Shown: piece after piece, positions 1 through 9,587 of the stretch
How positions within the stretch are numbered: position 1 is the stretch's first letter
Layout of the letters: every line of letters starts with the position of its first letter
Virus record (IMG/VR): IMGVR_UViG_3300032092_000023
Coordinates: 7,509 to 71,508 of that record
Length of the DNA stretch: 64,000 nucleotides
Reading direction: 5' to 3' (one strand)
Origin: a virus
Made by a program: the position numbers and the translations under genes
The notes under the pieces: model-generated
Told to the model about the DNA's origin: nothing
What the model saw: the letters and a program-made list of their open reading frames with translations, nothing else
Database searches by the model: none

Positions 1-3000
1 AACCGTCCATTTCTCTGCCAAACTTATCTAGCGGTTCAACTAATGCATTCAGAATTGTGCCAATGTTGGCAGCTGCCGCTGCAAAATGCGTTTCATTTAA
101 CTTCGTTGATCCAGTAGGTACAAGCTTAGCATCTTTAGTTCCTGGTGCAATAATCCCCATGGTAACAACTTCCAGAGAAGCCATTTTGTAAACACCGTCT
201 GCAAGGTTGGTCAGAGATCCAGAGATTTTTGATAATCCTTCAATTCCTTTTTCAATGTACCCTCCGCTAAATATACCTTCGCCGGCGGTCATGCTTCGAC
301 CAAATTCGGTTAAGACATCAATCAGACCGTTTCCATCACCTCTTATACCAAGAATCGCTTTAATGTTTTCCGCGGCTGCTTTAAAATGCGTTGCATCCAG
401 CTTCATTGACCCGGTAGGTACAAGCTTAGCATCTTTAGTTCCTGGCGCAATAACCCCCATAGTAACAATTTCTAGAGAAGCCATCTTGTAGACTCCTTCT
501 GCTAGGTTTCCTAAAGAAGAAGATAACTTAGTGAACATATCAAGGCCTGTCTCAATATAGCCGTTTGAAAACCAGTTGCTTCCTTGGTCAACAGCTTTAC
601 CGAAAGCGACCAATGTGTTGATTAATCCGTATTCCCCTTTATCATCAATTCCTAGTATTGCTTTAATGTTATCAGATGCTGCCTTAAAGTCGGATTCTTT
701 TAACTTACGACTACCTTTAGCAACAAGCTTTTGATCAGGGGTTCCTTTATTAATGACCTCGTATTCAATGACTTCCAGATTAGCCATTCTTCCTACACCT
801 TCCGCAAGTGCCGCAATTGCACTACCCATTTTGGTTAGCATGTCAATGCCGTAGGAGATTTTCATCCACTTGGCAAATGTAAGATCTTCAAAGGCATCAG
901 AAAACGCAACAACCACGGATTTAATTGCGTCTTTTATTAATACACCATCTTTTTCTGTGTATTTAACTTTCTTAAAATCCGTCAGTCCAGAAGACAGCTT
1001 AATGATTCCATCAGACATAACATCAACAAGTTGCGCTGTTGCAGCTGCGTCAAGCGCATCAAGAATGCTGGTATTCGCAAACCCAGAAATCACCGAAGAT
1101 ATAGCATGACCTATATTGTCACCGTCAGTTTTTGTAAATTTGACTTTCTTAAATGCTGCTAAAGAAAACGCGAGAAGAATTAACGGTCCTGCAAGGGTAA
1201 GCATAGCAATCGCACCTAGCACTATCAAAGGCGACATGAATCCCATTACAGCCGCAGCACCTCCTAGTACCACAAATGTATATCCTATAGAATCAGCCCA
1301 CTCTTCCGTTACTTTTACTTTACTTAAGATTAAGAGAGCTATGGAAAAGATTAGAAGAGATGCTGCTAAAACAACTAAGACCCCTGCTCCTAATATGGCA
1401 AAAGGTTCTACTGTTGGTTGGCCAAGCACGTAAGCAGCAAGACCTAGTACAACGATTGCACCGGCAACTGCAATTCCACCTAATAATACGTTGTCCCAAT
1501 CTTTTATTGTAGACCAGACAAAAATTGCCGCGGTAAAAGCAAGAAGGGGAATAATTAATTCGTCTAATGCTTTTGCGCCTGCAGAGATTTCCTTTTTAAA
1601 TTTACCTACGCCATAAGTAACTGCACTGATTAGTCCGATTGCTATTGAAGTAACGATTGCTCCTATTGCTGCTTCTTTGGCAAAATAGCCGGTTGCTATA
1701 AAGACCGCCATCAGAATAGCAATAGGTTTAGCAATATCTTCTAAAACTTTTGCCGCTACCTTTATATTTTTACTGTCTTTACTAACAAACTTTAAAACAA
1801 GTATCAAAGCGCCAATTGCTAAAATGGTAACCAATGCACCTACTATTGCTCTTTCGGCAAAAAAGCCGGTTGCTATAAAGACCGCCATCAGAATAGCAAT
1901 AGGTTTCGCAATATCTTGTAAAACTTGTGCAGCGGCCTTGGCAGTAGTGAGTTTTTTACCAACTAAATCTAAAACAAATATCATACCCGCAATGGCCAGT
2001 ATGGTTACCAATGCACCAATTGCGATTTCTTTTACAAAATAGCTAGCAACGATAAAGGTTAAGACAAATATTGCTGCACCTATTGCAATCTTATTCAGTG
2101 AAAGAAGACCCGCATCAATTGGACCAATAAACTTGTTAATAAGAGCAAATGCGGCAATCATACCGCCAATAGCTAAAATGGTAACCAACGCACCCATTGC
2201 AATTTCCGTTACAAAATAGCTAGCAAGAATAAAGGTTAAGACAAACAAGGCTGCACCTATCGCAATCTTATTCAATGAAGCAAGACCCTTATCAATTGGA
2301 CCGACGGCCTTATTAATCAGTCCAAATACCATAAGCATTGCTCCAACAACAAGAATGAAAACCAGAGCACCCATTGCGATTGTTGGTCCAAGCAAGCTAT
2401 AAAAAATCATGGCTAATCCAAAGAGAGCTGCGCCCTTTGCCATATTAAGTACCGCTTGAATACCTTCGGTGGTTTCCGGTTCTAATGTTGCAGCTTGAGA
2501 TAAAACCGATGATATTCCTCCAACTATATAAACAAACGCCAACGCACCTAGTGCAATTATTGGAGCAGCTATGCTATAAAAAATCATGGCTAATCCAAAG
2601 AGGGCTGCACCCTTTGCCATGTCAAGCACTGCTTGAATACCATCGGTTGTTTCTGGTGCTAGCGTAGCTGATTTAGCTAAAATGCTTGTCATTGCTACAA
2701 TGGTAGCAGAAAATAGCATAGCGCCAATAAAAGAAATTGGCGCGATAATAGCAATAAGTGCCATCTCAACCATAAATTTCCCCGCACCTTTTGTAACAAC
2801 CTCTATCATTTTACTGATAGAATCAATTTCTTTTACCGTTGCATTGTTTGCCGCTTCTTTAATCCCTTCTGATATGTCAACTATAATTTTTGCTATGTTT
2901 TTTCCCAGATCCTCATCTACATCTCCAGACTTATTAATTGCTTCTATTAACGGCGTCATTGCCGTTGCTAATGAACTAAGATTTTGTACGTCTTCTGCAT

Positions 3001-3154
3001 TGGTTTTACTTGCTTTACCACCGCCTTTTTCATCCTTTCCCTCCTTCTTACTACGATCAGCAGCCTGCCCTTTTTCCATTAACTTTTCCATTCGTAAGTT
3101 AATGTTAATTAGCTGGTCCAATTTTTGGGTGACCGCTGCTGCTCCTTGGTTCAT
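1..3154 (-). CDS. Tail tape measure protein (runs off the left edge; absent from the ORF track)
   Basis: Read manually: ATG at 3154 (MNQGAAAVTQKLDQLININLRMEK...) and open to the window edge. Ala/Ile/Leu/Gly-rich amphipathic repeats; lies downstream of sheath, tube and chaperone-like genes; GATATATA motif at 3175-3182. Confidence 0.8.
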   Translation of the reverse strand, partial: MNQGAAAVTQKLDQLININLRMEKLMEKGQAADRSKKEGKDEKGGGKASKTNAEDVQNLSSLATAMTPLIEAINKSGDVDEDLGKNIAKIIVDISEGIKEAANNATVKEIDSISKMIEVVTKGAGKFMVEMALIAIIAPISFIGAMLFSATIVAMTSILAKSATLAPETTDGIQAVLDMAKGAALFGLAMIFYSIAAPIIALGALAFVYIVGGISSVLSQAATLEPETTEGIQAVLNMAKGAALFGLAMIFYSLLGPTIAMGALVFILVVGAMLMVFGLINKAVGPIDKGLASLNKIAIGAALFVLTFILASYFVTEIAMGALVTILAIGGMIAAFALINKFIGPIDAGLLSLNKIAIGAAIFVLTFIVASYFVKEIAIGALVTILAIAGMIFVLDLVGKKLTTAKAAAQVLQDIAKPIAILMAVFIATGFFAERAIVGALVTILAIGALILVLKFVSKDSKNIKVAAKVLEDIAKPIAILMAVFIATGYFAKEAAIGAIVTSIAIGLISAVTYGVGKFKKEISAGAKALDELIIPLLAFTAAIFVWSTIKDWDNVLLGGIAVAGAIVVLGLAAYVLGQPTVEPFAILGAGVLVVLAASLLIFSIALLILSKVKVTEEWADSIGYTFVVLGGAAAVMGFMSPLIVLGAIAMLTLAGPLILLAFSLAAFKKVKFTKTDGDNIGHAISSVISGFANTSILDALDAAATAQLVDVMSDGIIKLSSGLTDFKKVKYTEKDGVLIKDAIKSVVVAFSDAFEDLTFAKWMKISYGIDMLTKMGSAIAALAEGVGRMANLEVIEYEVINKGTPDQKLVAKGSRKLKESDFKAASDNIKAILGIDDKGEYGLINTLVAFGKAVDQGSNWFSNGYIETGLDMFTKLSSSLGNLAEGVYKMASLEIVTMGVIAPGTKDAKLVPTGSMKLDATHFKAAAENIKAILGIRGDGNGLIDVLTEFGRSMTAGEGIFSGGYIEKGIEGLSKISGSLTNLADGVYKMASLEVVTMGIIAPGTKDAKLVPTGSTKLNETHFAAAAANIGTILNALVEPLDKFGREMDG
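111..490. repeat. 300-bp (100-aa) period internal repeat in the tape measure gene
   Basis: 111-190 vs 411-490 are near-identical (gtaggtacaagcttagcatctttagttcctgg...); peptide GVYKMASLE.VTMG.IAPGTKDAKLVPTGS occurs twice, with a diverged third copy near 720-810. Confidence 0.9.
1680..2660. repeat. About 177-bp (59-aa) period tandem repeats in the tape measure gene
   Basis: ggttgctataaagaccgccatcagaatagcaatagg at 1691 and 1868; aaatcatggctaatccaaagag at 2404 and 2581; a similar pair near 2030 and 2210. Confidence 0.85.
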
Positions 3155-3216
3155 TCTATATAAGTATGTTTTTGTATATATCCTTTTCTTTAATAAATAG
3201 AAAAAACAACACTACT

Positions 3217-3660
3217 ATGAAAGATAGACAAATAATTATTGTTGGCGTGATATCTATGGCAGTAACACTCATTACAACTATTGTAGCGGTAATAGAAGGT
3301 ATTACGCTGTCTTCTTTAGCAGGTACTGTATATGAGCCCTTGCTTTTGCTATCAAGTGCTTCTACCGCACTGTCATTTTTCTTGACTAAAAAATGGGTAA
3401 TCCCTTCACTATTTATTACTGTGTTAGCGTCCTTTTCGGTTCACGTGTTTCCTACTGTACATAACGTGTCAGCAACACTTTTTTACGTATCAGCATTTAT
3501 AATTATCTTTTTAGATAAGCATATACGGTGGTATAGGTTTATGCTATTAATACCATTTGCTTTTGCTATTTATAGTCTTTTAGCATTTGAGGTTGCTTCC
3601 AATTTGATATTGGTTATGTATCACATTTATTATGTAATTAAACGTCTACAAGCAAAATAA
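3217..3660 (+). CDS. Multi-pass membrane protein, opposite strand to the tail operon
   Basis: Track ORF 3166..3660; likely start MKDRQ at 3217 after an A-rich leader; about 5-6 hydrophobic segments. Confidence 0.65.
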   Translation: MKDRQIIIVGVISMAVTLITTIVAVIEGITLSSLAGTVYEPLLLLSSASTALSFFLTKKWVIPSLFITVLASFSVHVFPTVHNVSATLFYVSAFIIIFLDKHIRWYRFMLLIPFAFAIYSLLAFEVASNLILVMYHIYYVIKRLQAK

Positions 3661-3677
3661 GAGGGCCGGAGCCCTCT
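3660..3677. terminator. Hairpin between convergent genes, probable bidirectional terminator
   Basis: agagggc-cgga-gccctct flanked by A/T-rich sequence. Confidence 0.7.
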
Positions 3678-3678
3678 A

Positions 3679-4038
3679 TTATAATTTGAATCCTCCAAGA
3701 TTAGGTAGAGACGGTGTTGGAAGTTTTCCACCCGCGCCTTTCATCATCCGGTTTGCGTCTCTCATCATTGATGATTGATCAAACTTTGGCATGTTTTCTG
3801 ATTGGTCTTCTTCTCTTCTCTTGTTTTGATTGTTTTCTTTATCATTCCAATCTTTAAGTTTTTCCATCAAGATTTCTGCTCGATAAAACTCCATTGCATC
3901 GAGTTTATCAGGCGGTAGACGTAGAACTTTAAGAAAGATAAACTCAACATCAAACCAATTCTCCAAAGATATCTGAAATAAGGAAAATAGACTTGATTCC
4001 TCCGGGAAAGTTGAGCGGCGCGGTAGCCTCCTGACCAC
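3679..4038 (-). CDS. gp51-like baseplate hub assembly/tail chaperone (true start uncertain, possibly reached by frameshift)
   Basis: SLENWFDVEFIFLKVLRLPPDKLDAMEFYRAEILMEKL resembles the LENYY..NF.LMQ....S..E.E.M.PWER pattern of gp51 in T4-like phages; overlaps the end of the gp26-like gene. Confidence 0.55.
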   Translation of the reverse strand: MVRRLPRRSTFPEESSLFSLFQISLENWFDVEFIFLKVLRLPPDKLDAMEFYRAEILMEKLKDWNDKENNQNKRREEDQSENMPKFDQSSMMRDANRMMKGAGGKLPTPSLPNLGGFKL

Positions 4039-4954
4039 CGCTGTTGAAATATCTTACCTGAGGTTTAATTGAAGAAGACAGGATTTCAATAAGTTTATCC
4101 ATCACAGATATTTTTATTAGAGACCAGGTATATGAATCTTGTACTGCTTTATCGTATGTTGTTTGATTAACAGACTTCCAATCAGGGAAAAGAAACGAAG
4201 CGTATTTGGTAAATGCCTTGTCAAACGTTTGCCCTGCTTGTTGTTTGCTTTTTAAGAAATTCTTAATAAACATTACAGTACCTAAAGACGGCATGTAAAT
4301 ATTAAAGGCTTCCCCGTTTTTCATATTAATTTTAAAGCAGCGTTCATCTGAACTATAATACTTCATTAAACGATCATCTGGATTAAAATAGTCAATGACA
4401 TCTTTGTTCACTTCAATTTTTTCTTCAATACCATCGTCACCCGATGCGTTAATAAAGATACGGTTTTCGCCGTTCTTGAAAGTAAAATCACGAATTGCAA
4501 AGATTAGATAGAATCGGTCAATCTCAATGATATCCTTATACGATCCAGGTTTACCTGGCACTTTAATTTTACAGCATTTCTCAATGATAAAGTTTAGCAT
4601 GTCATCAATACCAAGAAGGTCATTTTCATCAATCGTAGACCAGTGACGAATCTCAGCAACCGTAGCTGCACGAATAGCAACTTGTGTACCTGAATCGTAA
4701 AAGAATCCTTGCGATGGTAAATTTTCTAGTGGCACGTTTTTCCAACCTAATTCAGCGGCTAGATTTGTAGTATCTTCGTACACTTTGTATTTTTCTGCTT
4801 TGCCTATTGAAGTAATGGTTGCAGCATCTTCAGCCGCGGCTGATGTTTTTACAGTACTAAATAACTGTTCTTCTTTTTCCGCAAGAATCTTAGACTCTTG
4901 TTCAAGTTTATTCTTAAAGTCTTCGTTTTCTTGCGTATTCATTTCGTTTGACAT
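3950..4954 (-). CDS. gp26-like baseplate hub subunit / tail assembly protein
   Basis: LPSQGFFY...IRAATVAE...DIIEIDRFYLIFAIR matches the gp26-family LPS...RP..V.E / D...L...R pattern; follows the tail tube gene. Confidence 0.65.
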   Translation of the reverse strand: MSNEMNTQENEDFKNKLEQESKILAEKEEQLFSTVKTSAAAEDAATITSIGKAEKYKVYEDTTNLAAELGWKNVPLENLPSQGFFYDSGTQVAIRAATVAEIRHWSTIDENDLLGIDDMLNFIIEKCCKIKVPGKPGSYKDIIEIDRFYLIFAIRDFTFKNGENRIFINASGDDGIEEKIEVNKDVIDYFNPDDRLMKYYSSDERCFKINMKNGEAFNIYMPSLGTVMFIKNFLKSKQQAGQTFDKAFTKYASFLFPDWKSVNQTTYDKAVQDSYTWSLIKISVMDKLIEILSSSIKPQVRYFNSGGQEATAPLNFPGGIKSIFLISDIFGELV

Positions 4955-5020
4955 AATAAAGTTATTTTTTCAATTTATATATCGCACAAAGAAAAAGGTT
5001 CTTGGATTTCTTAAAAAAAC

Positions 5021-5047
5021 AAAAAGAGAGGCAATGAGCCTCTCTTT
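5021..5047 (-). terminator. Rho-independent terminator after the tail tube gene
   Basis: aaagagaggc-aatga-gcctctcttt hairpin with a U-tract on the minus strand. Confidence 0.85.
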
Positions 5048-5068
5048 GTAAATTTGTTAAAACAGTTC

Positions 5069-5626
5069 TTAAAGAATCGTTTCTTCCCAGTAATCGCAGC
5101 GAAGAGTGAATCCAGTAATACGATAGATTTCGTTATCGCCGTAGTCACTAGTAATCGGCGTAAGTGGTGTTGTAGGAAAGCAGACAGGAAACTTCAATTG
5201 ACGGAAGATATCGCCATTCTTATTAAAATAGTTAATGATCATTGGCCCACCTGTATAGTCTTTCTTTAATCCCATACGTCCAGTAAGTGGATCATAGATT
5301 AAATCGCACCATTTACGAAGAGCTTTATAGACATACATGCTGTTTGCTTCATTCAAGTTAACTTCAAAATCAAGAGCAATATCACAGGTTGTGTTATCAA
5401 CCATACCACCAGCAAACGATCGCTTAGCTGATTTATATTTTTGCTCAACAATTTCAGGTAAACGATTTACGTCAACGCCATCAACTTTAAGAACGTTTTC
5501 CATAACTAGGCTCCAGTCAGATACTGCTGGGGGTGGTTGCAAAGTAACTTCGAACTGTGCGTTATACACAGGCTCGAATTTGTTCATTGCAGCCTTGGAA
5601 TTTCTATAATGCGGTAGTCCTGCCAT
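5069..5626 (-). CDS. gp19: Tail tube protein (gp19-like)
   Basis: Directly after the sheath gene; 185 aa; W...YDP.TG..G.K.DY and FP..P motifs typical of T4-like tubes. Confidence 0.8.
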   Translation of the reverse strand: MAGLPHYRNSKAAMNKFEPVYNAQFEVTLQPPPAVSDWSLVMENVLKVDGVDVNRLPEIVEQKYKSAKRSFAGGMVDNTTCDIALDFEVNLNEANSMYVYKALRKWCDLIYDPLTGRMGLKKDYTGGPMIINYFNKNGDIFRQLKFPVCFPTTPLTPITSDYGDNEIYRITGFTLRCDYWEETIL

Positions 5627-5661
5627 TTCAGATTTCTTTTATTTTCTTTGTATATATCTTA

Positions 5662-8600
5662 TTAAACAGATGCAAATCCACCTGTTGCGATAGCTCCTGT
5701 CTTAAGAACAGTTATACGATTAATGAATTTCTGTAATCCTCGAGCAGGTTCGATTCCTATGTCAAGAATACCGAAATTTTGATCGATGATTTCAGGTGTG
5801 TTATTAGTTTCATCCATAATTACTGAGTAATCATAGATTCCTCCGCCGTTACGAACCACATCAAGATATGTTTCTACCAGAGTACGGATCTCCAAACGAG
5901 TAGATGCGTCGTTGAATTCAAACAAGTAGTTTTGCAAGATTTCAATTACCGCTTCTTCAATTGTAATTAACAAGTCCCTTACGTGTAAGTTATTGAAAGC
6001 AGAGATAGTTCTTTGGTAAGCAGTTTGGTTAGCAAAAATCATTGGACCAACATTACGAACCACCACGATAGGGTTAAGACCGATTGGTTCAAGGTATTCG
6101 CGATCTTTAAGTAAGAAGTCGTATTCCATACCTACGAACTTTGGATTCGAGATTACACCGCGGCGAGGGCCAGCAACGATTGCATAAGGTTGACCGTTGA
6201 TAAACTTACGAATAAAGTTGTTTGATACGTCAGCGGCTGGCGGAATGCTCTTGTTCTTGCCATCTTCACGAATGATGATGTTAGGAGTAAATACACCAAT
6301 AAATTTTGCACCTTGTTCTTCATCAGGTAAACCCCAAGTATAGCTTGGTCCTAATGTAAGATTACCGCCGGTTGCGATATATTCAGTGTTAAGCACTGGT
6401 TTCGGATTCCCCGTTTGCGCATCAGGTAGTTCAGTGAATCGTGGATCATTGCTTGCCTGAAACTCTGCCATTGAAGGAGCGTTTAAGATTGCCATACACT
6501 GTAAACGATTCTTAGCCAAACGACTGAGGTATTGTTTAGGTCCCATTCCTGGTTCAAGACCTCCGTTGAATGTATCTACAATATAACGGAATTGAATTAC
6601 GTCTCGGCTAGAAAGAGTGACACCTACTTGTGTATTCTCCAGAACTCCTAAGATTTTCTCTAGTTGTGCTGGCGATCCAGGTAAGTGATATTCTGTTAGC
6701 TTAAACCCAGAAAGGTTAGTAAATTGGTAGCGATCAACGAATTTCTGAATTGGAGTAAACTTGGTTACGTAATTGATACCACTTAAAGTAGTAACACCAG
6801 GAACTTCAAGAACTGAATACTCAAAGAAAGGAGCACCAGTTATTGGGTCAAGTTTTTTCACCTTTGCAGTAATACGAGTTAGCTTAGGGTTATTGATATC
6901 ATTGTTAACCAAGAAGTCGCCAATGTTAATCTTAGCACCATTAGCATTTGTTAGCTTAAAGGTTTTTCCACCGCCATAAATTCCAGGCGCTTCAATAGCA
7001 ACGTTTTCGCTGATATTCTTTGCAAGCGAAGAGTAAATAGCAAAAAGGTTTTCACTAATCACCGGCGCAATCTGTACTGCAGTGTCAACGTATGTTGCGT
7101 TAAGAGCAGCAAAAGATTCGTTTGCGGGATTAAGAAGTTGCGAATCCGCAAACTCACGAAGTCTAGCACCTACTAAACCGTAAGCAAGCTTAGAGTATGG
7201 ATCTTGCGATTGACTCCAAACGATGTCGGAATTAAGGTAATTATACTGAGAAGATCCTACGCCGTATTTTACTCTGTCACCGTCAACGACCAAACCAGCT
7301 ACAATGTTCTTTGCAAGTTTAGCGCCAGGGAATGCTTCAATATAAGCAAGAGTAGTAATATCGGATTGTTCCACATTATACAGAGCAGGTGATGCTGCAA
7401 TAGAAAGAACCTTTCCGCGGAAGAATTGTCCTCCAGGAAGTGTAAAGCGAATTACATCACCAACTGCAGCTCCGTTTAACAAGAAAGGATTCCCTCCTGT
7501 TGCGTTGTCCACAACATATAATTGACGGAATGTAATACTTCCACTGTCTAAGTCAACAGCAGGAGTACCAAATCCTGGGTTAATGATGTTACCCGCAGAA
7601 TAAGCGTTGTCAGCAGTTTCGTTATAGATTTCTACAAGGTTTGATGCAGATGCTGTAACGGTTTGACCTAAACCTTCAATGCTAGTGAATTCAGCAGCTG
7701 GTTCAAAAATGTAACCAAACTGATTTCCTGGGAAGATGTTAAGATCAGGAACTAAGAATAAGTTAGCGCCAGCAACAGATGCTTTATAAAGAGAAACTTT
7801 AATATCAGAAGGCTGTACAAATGCTGAGAATTCATCAGCAGCAAATCCACCTACGCACCATTTATTAAGGAAGAGGGGTCCTCCTGTTGAAGGTGATACG
7901 CTGATTACAATTCTATCAACACCCGCAGAAACTGCTGCAGTGAAAGATGCCACTTCAAAGTACTTAGCATATCCAGCAGACTCTACCAAGATAACATCTC
8001 CAGATGCAGGTGTTAAGTTTGTATAGCTAGAAATATCTAGCGTGTTTGCTGTCACCGGAATTGCTGCAAGAATAGTTTCCTCAATATAATCTGATTCCGC
8101 GCCTGTACCGTATGAATTATAGTAAGCGTTATTGGTATGAAGTGGAGAGCTAAGTTGAACCTGTAACTCTGTACCAGTGTCAATTACATTTTCCACTTTA
8201 ACATAATCATTCGCCAATGTACTGTTAATGATATTATCAGTACCAGCTGTTCTAATTAAAGAGTTCTTAGTTAAACCGTCAAGAATTGCTTCCCATTGTG
8301 AAGGTGTGAAAGTAGTATCACCAGGAATTGGTTTTGGAAGAACAAGAACGTTACCAAACTTACCGCTAGTTCCTCCGTAAGGGTATGATTTAACGTAAGG
8401 TACCGCAGAGCCACTAGCTGGATCGTATGATTTTAAAACCAATTCTGTGTTATCGAGATTACCGTCTTTACCAGTGAAAGACATAATGCTCTTAATTGGA
8501 GTATTGTATGATAAGAAATCAAGAGTATCATCGGTTGTGTTGATAAGATTGTTGCCAATCATATCTACCTTATACTTAGAGTTTGCGTAATCGCTTAGTG

Positions 8601-9504
8601 CATCTTCATTAAGATTAAGGAATAGGCCGGTTAATGCAACGTTTGAGTTAACGATAACATCAATTGATACGTTTGAACCGTTATTGTCAAGGAAGTTTGG
8701 AATGATACACCCAGTGAAAGAACCTAAGAGGGTAATTCCATCTGCGGATAAGAATGCGTCAAGACGATCAACTCTAATTCCACGATTATCAAAGAATTTG
8801 CTATAAGTAGGATCTTTAGCCAATAGAGAGTTTTCCGTCCAATTGCCTTTTACGATGTAAATGTCAACAAAGTAATCTGACATAAAATCTTTAGGATAAA
8901 CGTAAGGTGGGATTTCATTTCCTCCGTAGTATTCTTCCGCAGTTACATTATACTGTGATGCGTTTAATGACTTGCGAATAATGATACTAACAGACTGCTG
9001 CGCTAGATTGACTACGTTAAACAGACGTCCGCGATTTGATGGCTTGCTATCAACGGTTGCCTGTAAATAATCTACATCTGGGAACCAAAATCTTTCTTTA
9101 TTATAGAAAGATGCGTAGAGAGCACGTGTTAAGTTTCCGTTTTGCTCGTCAGATGCCAAAGCAAAAGAACGGTAATCTATTGCATCGCCACCTTCATTAA
9201 CCGGTACATTATTTAACGGTAAAAGGTTTAATGCAAAGATAGGTCCAGTTGACAAGCAAGTTTCTACCGCTCTATGGAAAAAGGATCCACGTGCTTCGAG
9301 ACCTAAGTCAATATTTCCGAAGATTCTTCTTGCTGAGCGAATGTCTCTTAAAAAAGTAGGAGCGTTAAAAGGGCCTAGCCTTGAAAACCCTACCACTAGA
9401 CGTATAGTCTGTGTTGAAACTACGATCCTTTCAGATGCATCGAATTCGATAGTGTAAATACCCGATGCTTTAAATCTATTCAGATCAAGTGTTAGTTTAG
9501 CCAT
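5662..9504 (-). CDS. gp18: Contractile tail sheath protein (gp18-like), 1280 aa
   Basis: N-terminal SGIYTIEFDAS..GPFNAP; C-terminal AGPRRG, GLNPI, QTAY...SAFNNLHVRDLL, FEFNDASTR, DETNNTPEIID sheath motifs. Confidence 0.95.
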   Translation of the reverse strand: MAKLTLDLNRFKASGIYTIEFDASERIVVSTQTIRLVVGFSRLGPFNAPTFLRDIRSARRIFGNIDLGLEARGSFFHRAVETCLSTGPIFALNLLPLNNVPVNEGGDAIDYRSFALASDEQNGNLTRALYASFYNKERFWFPDVDYLQATVDSKPSNRGRLFNVVNLAQQSVSIIIRKSLNASQYNVTAEEYYGGNEIPPYVYPKDFMSDYFVDIYIVKGNWTENSLLAKDPTYSKFFDNRGIRVDRLDAFLSADGITLLGSFTGCIIPNFLDNNGSNVSIDVIVNSNVALTGLFLNLNEDALSDYANSKYKVDMIGNNLINTTDDTLDFLSYNTPIKSIMSFTGKDGNLDNTELVLKSYDPASGSAVPYVKSYPYGGTSGKFGNVLVLPKPIPGDTTFTPSQWEAILDGLTKNSLIRTAGTDNIINSTLANDYVKVENVIDTGTELQVQLSSPLHTNNAYYNSYGTGAESDYIEETILAAIPVTANTLDISSYTNLTPASGDVILVESAGYAKYFEVASFTAAVSAGVDRIVISVSPSTGGPLFLNKWCVGGFAADEFSAFVQPSDIKVSLYKASVAGANLFLVPDLNIFPGNQFGYIFEPAAEFTSIEGLGQTVTASASNLVEIYNETADNAYSAGNIINPGFGTPAVDLDSGSITFRQLYVVDNATGGNPFLLNGAAVGDVIRFTLPGGQFFRGKVLSIAASPALYNVEQSDITTLAYIEAFPGAKLAKNIVAGLVVDGDRVKYGVGSSQYNYLNSDIVWSQSQDPYSKLAYGLVGARLREFADSQLLNPANESFAALNATYVDTAVQIAPVISENLFAIYSSLAKNISENVAIEAPGIYGGGKTFKLTNANGAKINIGDFLVNNDINNPKLTRITAKVKKLDPITGAPFFEYSVLEVPGVTTLSGINYVTKFTPIQKFVDRYQFTNLSGFKLTEYHLPGSPAQLEKILGVLENTQVGVTLSSRDVIQFRYIVDTFNGGLEPGMGPKQYLSRLAKNRLQCMAILNAPSMAEFQASNDPRFTELPDAQTGNPKPVLNTEYIATGGNLTLGPSYTWGLPDEEQGAKFIGVFTPNIIIREDGKNKSIPPAADVSNNFIRKFINGQPYAIVAGPRRGVISNPKFVGMEYDFLLKDREYLEPIGLNPIVVVRNVGPMIFANQTAYQRTISAFNNLHVRDLLITIEEAVIEILQNYLFEFNDASTRLEIRTLVETYLDVVRNGGGIYDYSVIMDETNNTPEIIDQNFGILDIGIEPARGLQKFINRITVLKTGAIATGGFASV

Positions 9505-9587
9505 TCTTTTTGAATTATTTTTCTGGACAACTTATGTATCCTTACGATCTATATATCTTCTTTATGTCAAGTAAATTGATAAGACGG

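Noticed and set aside
207-3200. Plus-strand ORFs 207..491, 870..1109, 1116..1433, 1824..2042, 2485..2667, 2682..3200
   Set aside because: Antisense shadows of the minus-strand tape measure gene.
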